DNA of 56,222 nucleotides from an uncultured bacterium (GTDB lineage Bacteria > Patescibacteriota > Minisyncoccia > Phycocordibacterales > UBA2100): contig CAIJXH010000008.1 in the NCBI GenBank assembly GCA_903824595.1, forward strand, positions 1 through 56,222, read 5' to 3'. Below are positions 34,869 to 41,813 of the stretch, piece by piece. The notes under the pieces were generated by a model. It was given only the letters and a program-made list of their open reading frames with translations, searched no databases and was not told the origin of the DNA. Made by a program: the position numbers and the translations under genes. Position 1 is the first letter of the stretch. Each line of letters starts with the position of its first letter.

Positions 34869-35219
34869 CTACGACTGTTTCACTCCCACTCCCGCAAACC
34901 GCGTGTCGATCCTCTCAATCTTTCTCTTCAGTGCGTCGTTCACATCCACACCGAGGCGATGGGCGAGGATGAGGGTGGTGATGATGACGTCGGCGACTTC
35001 GAGTGCGACGGCGTCTTTGGTGTCGGTAGAAGTTTTCTCGGCGCGTTGGAATCCATAGAGCGCGATGATGGCATCAGCGAGTTCGCCGGTTTCTTCGGAG
35101 AGTTTGGCGACTTGCCAAAAGACACGCTCTCGCCCATTTGTTTTGATGAGATTTATGTGTTCAAGTTTTGCATCTTATTGTGCGATCCATTGCACGAGAT
35201 CATCAGAAATCGGTTTCAT
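34869..35219 (-). pseudogene. MazG-like NTP pyrophosphohydrolase with in-frame TAA at codon 15
   Basis: Manual translation gives MKPISDDLVQWIAQ*DAKLEH...KLSEETGELADAI...ALEVADVIITTLILAHRLGVDV.... The stop is at 35175-35177. Confidence 0.65.
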
Positions 35220-35229
35220 AGCAGCAGCG

Positions 35230-35261
35230 TTATCTGCGACCATTTATTATGTCCTCCCATG
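35230..35261 (-). repeat. 32-bp perfect duplicate of the yebC 5' end
   Basis: TTATCTGCGACCATTTATTATGTCCTCCCATG is identical at 32382-32413 and 35230-35261. This copy reads MGGHNKWSQITLLL*, and its TGA overlaps the mazG-like ATG. Confidence 0.9.
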
Positions 35262-35335
35262 GGGGTATTCTAGTGCGGAGGCGAGAATTACTCAAATATT
35301 TCAATTGTGCACAAAGATGTTACAGTGTTGCTTCA

Positions 35336-36799
35336 ATGGCAAAAAATGACAGCATTGTATCTTTTGAAGATGTGTCCTTTGAGTACGGGTACACGAAGTC
35401 AATCCTCGATGAGGTGAATTTTTCTATTCGTCGCGGGTCCAAGACGACGCTGATGGGACAAAACGGCGCGGGCAAGAGCACCATCTTTCAGCTCATCATC
35501 GATGCGCTCGAACCAGAGTCTGGTGCTATTCACAAAGAACACGCTCTCACAATCGCGCTTTCTAAGCAGGTGATACCGCGCGATCAGCTCGATCTCACGG
35601 TGCGCGATTTCTTCCAAACGTGTTTCGAAAAAAAGATATACGACATTGATCCTAGGATCGACGAAGTGCTTGAAATAGTGCACCTTCGCGGACACGAAAA
35701 GATTCACGATCGTGTGGTGCGATCGTTTTCGGGCGGACAACAGGCACGGCTCCTTCTTGCCTCGGCACTCATCCAAAACCCCGATTTGTTGCTTCTCGAC
35801 GAGCCGACCAACAACCTCGACAAAGCAGGCATTGCACACCTCACGGATTTTCTCGTCCACTATCCGAAAACCGTTATGGTGATTTCGCACGATGCGGAGT
35901 TTCTCAACGCCTTCAGCGACGGCGTTTTGTACCTCGATGTACATACGCGCAAGGTGGAGCAATACGCGGGCAACTATCATGATGTGGTGGAGCAAATTTC
36001 AGCACGCATCGAGAAGGAAAACATGAAGAACGCGCAGCTCGCCAAAGACATTCAAGCCAACAAGGACAAGGCAAATTTCTTTGCGCAAAAGGGCGGCGGC
36101 ATGCGCATGGTAGCCAAACGAATGCGTCTCAAAGCCGAGGCAATGGAGGAAGAAAAAGTCGACGTTCGCCGCGAAGACAAAACCATCCGACCGTTCACCA
36201 TTCCCGCGCAGGAGTGCCTCGGAAGCGTCGTGGAAATTTCGTCGTTCAAGGTGGTGGGGAAGAATCACAAGCCTGTCGTAAAGAAGGCGGCGCTTGTACT
36301 CAAGCGCCGCACCCATCTCCTTTTGCGCGGCCCCAATGGCATCGGCAAAACGACGCTACTCGAATCCATCGCCCGCAACAAAGCAGAAGGTGCGGTAATC
36401 GCGCCCGACGTGAAGGTGGGCTATTACCGCCAGGATTTTTCGACACTCGATTTCAGTGCGACCGTACACCAGTCGCTCATGCGCGCATCAATCCATCGCC
36501 GCGAAGAGGAGTTTGTGCGCAGTGTCGCCGCCGGATTCCTCATCACGGGCGACATGATGCAGACGCTGGTCGGCAGCTTGTCGGAAGGACAGAAAGGACT
36601 CGTTGCCTTCGCGTGTCTCGTCTTGGAACGCCCCGGTCTCCTCATTCTCGACGAGCCGACCAACCACATCAATTTCCGCCATCTTCCCGTCATCGCAAAA
36701 GCGCTCGACCAGTACGAAGGTGCCATGATCCTCGTCAGTCACGTCCCCGATTTTGTGAAGCAAATCAGGATAGATGAGGTGCTGGATCTCGAAAAATAA
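35336..36799 (+). CDS. ABC-F family ATPase (two ABC domains, no TM domain)
   Basis: Two Walker A sites (GQNGAGKST, GPNGIGKTT) and two signature motifs (SGGQQ, SEGQK). The start is set at MAKNDSIV. Confidence 0.9.
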   Translation: MAKNDSIVSFEDVSFEYGYTKSILDEVNFSIRRGSKTTLMGQNGAGKSTIFQLIIDALEPESGAIHKEHALTIALSKQVIPRDQLDLTVRDFFQTCFEKKIYDIDPRIDEVLEIVHLRGHEKIHDRVVRSFSGGQQARLLLASALIQNPDLLLLDEPTNNLDKAGIAHLTDFLVHYPKTVMVISHDAEFLNAFSDGVLYLDVHTRKVEQYAGNYHDVVEQISARIEKENMKNAQLAKDIQANKDKANFFAQKGGGMRMVAKRMRLKAEAMEEEKVDVRREDKTIRPFTIPAQECLGSVVEISSFKVVGKNHKPVVKKAALVLKRRTHLLLRGPNGIGKTTLLESIARNKAEGAVIAPDVKVGYYRQDFSTLDFSATVHQSLMRASIHRREEEFVRSVAAGFLITGDMMQTLVGSLSEGQKGLVAFACLVLERPGLLILDEPTNHINFRHLPVIAKALDQYEGAMILVSHVPDFVKQIRIDEVLDLEK

Positions 36800-36804
36800 A
36801 AATG

Positions 36805-36830
36805 AACCCTCGCGACAATGTGCGAGGGTT
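36805..36830. terminator. hairpin between convergent genes
   Basis: AACCCTCGC-N8-GCGAGGGTT. A T-rich tract follows on the minus-strand side. Confidence 0.5.
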
Positions 36831-36845
36831 CGACGGGCGCTCGGA

Positions 36846-37685
36846 TTATTTTCCGGAGCCCGTATTTCCAAGTGCGTCGGCGTCGATGTAGGCAACGAAT
36901 AGCGACTCGTCGACGTTTGGTCTTGTGATGCTTGCAATGAACGGGGGTTTGAGTGTGTAAATAGTCAGAAATGATCGTACTCCGCGAATGGTGGCAGTTG
37001 CGGTCACAACGTCAGTTTGTGCGCCGCGCTCGTTCACCTTGAAACTAACTCGTTGCAGTGCTTGCGCGATACTGTTGTTACCCAGATGCATGCCGATAAT
37101 CCATGTTATATCGGCATCTCGTTCGAGGCTGATCATGGGGATGATTGCGGTCACAAGTTGTCCGACATGAGGCGGTGCATGTTGCATTGCGTGTGCCGCA
37201 TCGCGTAGCGCGAATATGTTTGTGTCGCGCATCTCAGTGTGCCAGAACGCATAGATGTCACCATTGGTTGCTTTCATGGTGACAACGGGCTCGGGAGAGT
37301 TTGGCATATCCCTGAACTCAAGCCCATGTTCCGTTTGTACCCGAAACGCAGGTCTCCCATCGGATTCCGTGACCTGTCCTTGTACGCGCCACGATGCTGC
37401 TAGTGTACAAATGGACACAGCGCCCACATGTGTGCCGTCGTTGTGCCATGGGCGCAATCGTACCGATGAGTTTGCTTTTGCGAGTTTCTCGTTCAAATTG
37501 CGTGCGTTATATGACGCAAATCCTTGGCATTCCGGTATGCGCCCAAGGTTTCGCGTGATACTTGGTAGTATCGTGAGTAATTGTTGCTGAATAGCGGTAC
37601 CGCCATTCCAATTACCATCGCCAACCAGTGTCGATACGGCAAGCAATGCTTGCACGATACCAATCAGACTTCCCACGATGCTCAT
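36846..37685 (-). CDS. short serpin-like protein with N-terminal signal/anchor
   Basis: IPMISLERDADI...QRVSFKVNERGAQTDVVTATATIRG...KPPFIASI...SLFVAYI resembles the serpin s5A/reactive-centre-loop/s1C region. At 279 aa it is about 100 aa shorter than typical serpins. Confidence 0.55.
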   Translation of the reverse strand: MSIVGSLIGIVQALLAVSTLVGDGNWNGGTAIQQQLLTILPSITRNLGRIPECQGFASYNARNLNEKLAKANSSVRLRPWHNDGTHVGAVSICTLAASWRVQGQVTESDGRPAFRVQTEHGLEFRDMPNSPEPVVTMKATNGDIYAFWHTEMRDTNIFALRDAAHAMQHAPPHVGQLVTAIIPMISLERDADITWIIGMHLGNNSIAQALQRVSFKVNERGAQTDVVTATATIRGVRSFLTIYTLKPPFIASITRPNVDESLFVAYIDADALGNTGSGK

Positions 37686-37794
37686 GATTCACCTCTCCTC
37701 TTCGTGCATTTGAACTATGTTCCGATGATGTGTATACCACGTGATGCGGCATAAAACAATCGGCGTATAATCCGTGTTCTGCTATACTCTCGTC

Positions 37795-38268
37795 ATGCAA
37801 ACAACACTTCATACGAATAAGGGCGACATTACGATCGAGCTTTCGGAAGCGACGCCTCATACAGTGGCGAATTTTGTGAAGCTTGCCAAGAGTGGATTTT
37901 ACGACGGCACGAAATTCCACCGCGTGATAAAAGATTTCATGATCCAAGGAGGCGATCCGCTCACGAAAGACGACGCCATGGTGGCGCGTTGGGGGACGGG
38001 CGGTCCTGGCTACTCGTTTGCCGATGAAATAGCATCGACGAATCGCAACGACATCGGCACCATCTCGATGGCGAATGCCGGACCGAATACCAACGGCAGT
38101 CAATTTTTCATCAACGTCGCGTCAAACAATTTTCTCGATACCAAACACACGGTCTTTGGCAACGTTGTTGCGGGCATGGAAGTCGTTGCAGCGATCGAAA
38201 ACGTCGAGACTAATGCGTCAGATCGTCCGTTGGAGGCGGTCGTGATCGAGCGGGTCGAGGTTTGTTAG
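37795..38268 (+). CDS. ppiB: cyclophilin-type peptidyl-prolyl cis-trans isomerase
   Basis: FHRVIKDFMIQGGDP and SMANAGPNTNGSQFFI. Confidence 0.93.
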   Translation: MQTTLHTNKGDITIELSEATPHTVANFVKLAKSGFYDGTKFHRVIKDFMIQGGDPLTKDDAMVARWGTGGPGYSFADEIASTNRNDIGTISMANAGPNTNGSQFFINVASNNFLDTKHTVFGNVVAGMEVVAAIENVETNASDRPLEAVVIERVEVC

Positions 38269-38270
38269 TT

Positions 38271-39281
38271 TCATAACATTGACCCCTGTGCACGTGGCGC
38301 GTCGACACCAATGTGTTCGTAGCCCTTGGGGGTGACGGTGCGACCGCGTGGTGTGCGCTCGATGAGTCCGAGTTGGAGCAAATAGGGCTCGTTGACCTCC
38401 TCGATCGTCGCGTCTTCCTCGGAGAGTGAGGCGGCGATGGTTTTGAGCCCCACCGGGCCGCCGCGGAATTTCTCGACGATGAGTGAAAGGATGTCGCGGT
38501 CGGTCTGGTTGAGTCCGCCCTCGTCAATCTCAAGAAGTGCGAGTGCTTTCCTGACAGTTTTGAGATCGAGCGTGGTTTCATTGACCTCGGCAAAGTCGCG
38601 AGCGCGTTTGAGAAGGTAGTTGGCGGTACGCGGCGTGGCGCGTGAGCGTTTGCTGATTTCGTGCACGGATTCCTTGTCGGCTTCAATGTTGAGAATCTTT
38701 GCCGAACGCGAGAGTATCTCGGCGATTTCTGGGTCGGTGTAATAATTGAGACGGAACGTGCCGCCGGAAAAGCGCGAACGCAGCGGCGCGGAGAGCATGG
38801 AGATGCGGGTGGTTGCAGCGATGAGGGTGAATGGGGGCAAGTCGAGCTGTACCGTGCGTGCCGACGGACCCTTGCCGATTACGATGTCCAACACACCCGA
38901 CTCCATCGCGGGGTAGAGAATTTCTTCGATGGTGCGATTGAGGCGATGGATTTCGTCGATGAAGAGCACGTCGCCGGGGGAGAGGTTGGTAAGAATGGCG
39001 GCAAGGTCGCCCACGCGCTCGATCGCAGGACCGGAGGTGGATCGCAGCGACGCACCGATTTCTTTTGCCATCAAGTGCGCCAGCGTCGTCTTGCCCAAGC
39101 CCGGCGGGCCGTAGAGAAGGACGTGTTCGGGCTGCTGCTGTCGACCCTTGGCGGCAGTGAGCAAAATACGCAGGTTTTCCTTGATGGTTTCTTGACCCAC
39201 GTACTCTTTCCACGAATCTGGGCGGAGCGCCTGATCGAGTGAGCGCGGGCTTTTTTCTATGCTGTCTTTTGGTGATGTCAT
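38271..39281 (-). CDS. ruvB: Holliday junction branch migration helicase RuvB
   Basis: LRPDSWKEYVGQE, GPPGLGKTT, DEIHRL and the C-terminal winged helix. Confidence 0.95.
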   Translation of the reverse strand: MTSPKDSIEKSPRSLDQALRPDSWKEYVGQETIKENLRILLTAAKGRQQQPEHVLLYGPPGLGKTTLAHLMAKEIGASLRSTSGPAIERVGDLAAILTNLSPGDVLFIDEIHRLNRTIEEILYPAMESGVLDIVIGKGPSARTVQLDLPPFTLIAATTRISMLSAPLRSRFSGGTFRLNYYTDPEIAEILSRSAKILNIEADKESVHEISKRSRATPRTANYLLKRARDFAEVNETTLDLKTVRKALALLEIDEGGLNQTDRDILSLIVEKFRGGPVGLKTIAASLSEEDATIEEVNEPYLLQLGLIERTPRGRTVTPKGYEHIGVDAPRAQGSML

Positions 39282-39413
39282 GGTGATGTAGCCTGTTGGC
39301 GACCATTGGTGGACGGCAACGGGGCGCAAAAACGCTTGACTTTTATTTTCTATATGCTACAGTACTAGGAGATGGTGGAGATTCCTCCACTTTTTTCATA
39401 GCACATCTCTCAT

Positions 39414-39554
39414 GAGAGGCGCACAGCTTCGGGTGATGGCGATTTTTCCAAGGACGGTGGCGGTTATCCGCCACGCGCGGCTTTACTGCTCCTATCCTCA
39501 GGACCCGGTCGCAACTTTCCCCTAGAAAGCATCACCCGAAATTGCGCACCTCTC
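39414..39554 (-). ncRNA. candidate structured RNA, class unresolved
   Basis: Two nested helices. GAGAGGUGCGCA/UGUGCGCCUCUC is 12 bp; two of its positions are G-U on the minus-strand transcript but A-C mismatches on the plus strand. UUCGGGUGAUG/CAUCACCCGAA is 11 bp. Together they enclose three hairpins. The region is non-coding. Confidence 0.45.
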
Positions 39555-39699
39555 ACTTCTGCAAGCGTATCATCCATACGCGGCGCTGCAAGATATGAAT
39601 GTGGTGTGATGTATCTTGTGTTGCATAGTCGGAGAGTTTCGTGCAGTATGCGTTGGGCAATAGAGGTTGTCTCCATTGCATACAAACAAGGAGCGCGAA

Positions 39700-40827
39700 A
39701 TGAGTGAATATGCATGTGCAGGTGTTGATTACGGCAAAATTGAACCTTTCAAGAAAGCGATGATTGATGTTGCGCGACAAACCGCGACGTTTCCCAATCG
39801 TCGCGATGTGTATATCGCGACACGCCTACTCGGCAAACATGGGGGAGTGTATGCGTATCGCGGAAATAAACCGCATGCGTGGTGCGCTACCCTTGAGGGA
39901 CTTGGCAACAAGAGTTGGATTGCCGAATTATTGCGCGGAAATCCTCTTTCTGGATCGAACTATCAGAATATTGCATACGACACCATGATGATGGCGTTCA
40001 ATGACTGCGCGGCGCAAGGTGCTCTGCCCGTCATTGCTTTGGATGATGTCGTCGCAAGCGATAGCGGATGGTTTTCTGATCATGCGCGGTCGCAGGATTT
40101 TGCTCGCGGTATTTTGAAGGCATGTCGAGACGCTGGTGCGGCACTCGTCGCGGGAGAGTCTCCCGTGTACCGATATTTAGTGCGTCCGCAGCCGCCCGTT
40201 GAAAGCGCGGCTGTTTTCACGGGAAGTGTGGTGGGGATCATTGCTCCAGACACTCGATTGATCACGGGTGAGTTGCTCGTGCCAGACAGTCGCATCATCG
40301 GTATCGGGTCGTCAGGTCCGCATGCTAACGGAATTTCTTTGATGATTCGTCGTGTCGTTGGCGACGAGACAATCAAAGGTCTCCCGTATGGGTTTGATAC
40401 GAGGCTTCCGAGCGGTGCTACGATTGGTGGTGCCATCATGACGCCAACGGTATGCTACGTTCCTTTAGTAGAACGCCTGCTTGATGAAGGTGTTTGTGTT
40501 CGCGCCATTGTGCCTGGCACGGGCAGTGGTGTTGCAAAGCTCGCCTATGATACGCGACCGTATCGCTATTGCATACACTCATGGCCCGATGTGCCAGAGA
40601 TATTTTTGTTCTTTCGTGAGCGTGGTGTGTCATGTGAGGACTGTCTCACCACGTTCAATTGGGGTGTGGGGTACTACATCTTCGTGGGAAAGGAAGACGT
40701 CAACGCGGTGCTTGATTGTGCATATGCGACGGGGTTTTCTGCCAAGGAGATCGGAGTGGTGGAGGAGGGTAGACGGGGTACATTTTTCGGTCCCGAAAAT
40801 ATCGTTCTTCCGCCGCCTGGCGGTTGA
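39700..40827 (+). CDS. PurM-like (AIR synthase family) protein
   Basis: YACAGVDYGKIEPFK N-terminus and PurM-type ATP-grasp-like repeats. AAGGAG lies upstream of the ATG at 39700. Confidence 0.8.
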   Translation: MSEYACAGVDYGKIEPFKKAMIDVARQTATFPNRRDVYIATRLLGKHGGVYAYRGNKPHAWCATLEGLGNKSWIAELLRGNPLSGSNYQNIAYDTMMMAFNDCAAQGALPVIALDDVVASDSGWFSDHARSQDFARGILKACRDAGAALVAGESPVYRYLVRPQPPVESAAVFTGSVVGIIAPDTRLITGELLVPDSRIIGIGSSGPHANGISLMIRRVVGDETIKGLPYGFDTRLPSGATIGGAIMTPTVCYVPLVERLLDEGVCVRAIVPGTGSGVAKLAYDTRPYRYCIHSWPDVPEIFLFFRERGVSCEDCLTTFNWGVGYYIFVGKEDVNAVLDCAYATGFSAKEIGVVEEGRRGTFFGPENIVLPPPGG

Positions 40828-40876
40828 GTAGGCTTGAATCCTGCACGGATAGTTCCGTGCAGGATATTTTTGTGTG

Positions 40877-40979
40877 CTATGCAATCGTCTCGAGCATCGC
40901 TTCGTCGAGCAGATTGACGACGCGACCGAGTTCGTCGAGGGAGGTGACTCCTTGGAGGACTTTCACGGCGCCGTCTTGC
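40877..40979 (-). repeat. 103-bp duplicate (99/103) of the pilB 3' end
   Basis: Matches 41814-41916, which covers the last 33 codons plus the stop of pilB (...QDGAVKVLQGVTSLDELGRVVNLLDEAMLETIA*). Confidence 0.9.
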
Positions 40980-41116
40980 CGACCGCACCACACGATCCAC
41001 GATATTGATATGGGCGACGACTTTCTTTTTCGCTGCACACGCGAGCCGTTGATCGAGAAAATAAAAAGGACGGAGATGGTGTGATGACAAGTTCAAGAAG
41101 TGTCGCTTCTTGAGTG

Positions 41117-41494
41117 TTAGGTTGTTTCGTATCTCGCGGCGAGCGTCTTGAGGTGCGGGACGTACGCGGGGATGCGAGCGCGGATTTCGTTCGCGAGTTC
41201 TTGGTTATACGAATGGCTTGCGAGATTGCGGTCGTCTATCATTGCCAGCCATACTTCCGCTTCAGTAATGAGATTGTTTTCGTATGCGAGGCGAATTGCG
41301 GTCTTTGGGGAGTTGGGGCGGATGCCAAAATCGTGTTCGAGTGTTTCCTGTAACGTCTTCCATGCGAGGTCGGTTGTGAATTCAAAACGCTGTATGACGC
41401 TGTCGCGCATGAAATCGGTCGTTGGCTCGGCGAGAGATTCTTCGAGGCGAGCAAGCGCGCAGACGAATTCTTCTGATCGAGCGGAATCGGTCAT
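41117..41494 (-). CDS. HI0074-family (HEPN-like) nucleotidyltransferase substrate-binding protein
   Basis: RFEFTTDLAWKTLQETLE...DDRNLASHSY pattern. The ATGA overlaps the upstream MNT gene. Confidence 0.8.
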   Translation of the reverse strand: MTDSARSEEFVCALARLEESLAEPTTDFMRDSVIQRFEFTTDLAWKTLQETLEHDFGIRPNSPKTAIRLAYENNLITEAEVWLAMIDDRNLASHSYNQELANEIRARIPAYVPHLKTLAARYETT

Positions 41495-41787
41495 ACGGCT
41501 ATGGCGTGTTCGAGGGCTTTGGCTTTGAACGAAGGTGCGGCGCGAGCGAAATCGACGACGTCAACACGCTCCACAATACTCGAATCTTCAAACGCGTCTT
41601 TTGTATCTTCAAGCATGCCGGGCGAAAGCGGTTTGCCGTCGAGTCGCTCGATACCGATATCAATATCAGAACCGAATCTAGCGGTGCCGCGCGCCTGCGA
41701 GCCAAACACGTACACGCGCACCTGTCCGCGCCCAACAACACGCTCCACAATCTCCCGTATCTTCTGTTGCGAATCCTGTGCAATCAT
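41491..41787 (-). CDS. minimal nucleotidyltransferase (MNT, HI0073-like)
   Basis: VYVFGSQARGTARFGSDIDIGI is the GSxxRG...DxD motif. The track ORF extends spuriously into pilB. Confidence 0.8.
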   Translation of the reverse strand: MIAQDSQQKIREIVERVVGRGQVRVYVFGSQARGTARFGSDIDIGIERLDGKPLSPGMLEDTKDAFEDSSIVERVDVVDFARAAPSFKAKALEHAIAV

Positions 41788-41813
41788 GCGTAAAGTATAG
41801 GCGTTTTGCATCA

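Noticed and set aside
39414-39554. Calling the structured RNA an SRP (4.5S) RNA or a TPP riboswitch
   Set aside because: It shows partial motif resemblance only (GGUCC...GGAGCAG; GGAUAACC). It lacks the GNRA tetraloop and the 5'-side asymmetric loop of SRP RNA, and it lacks the CUGAGA / ACCUGAUCUGGAUAAUGCCAGCG core of TPP elements.
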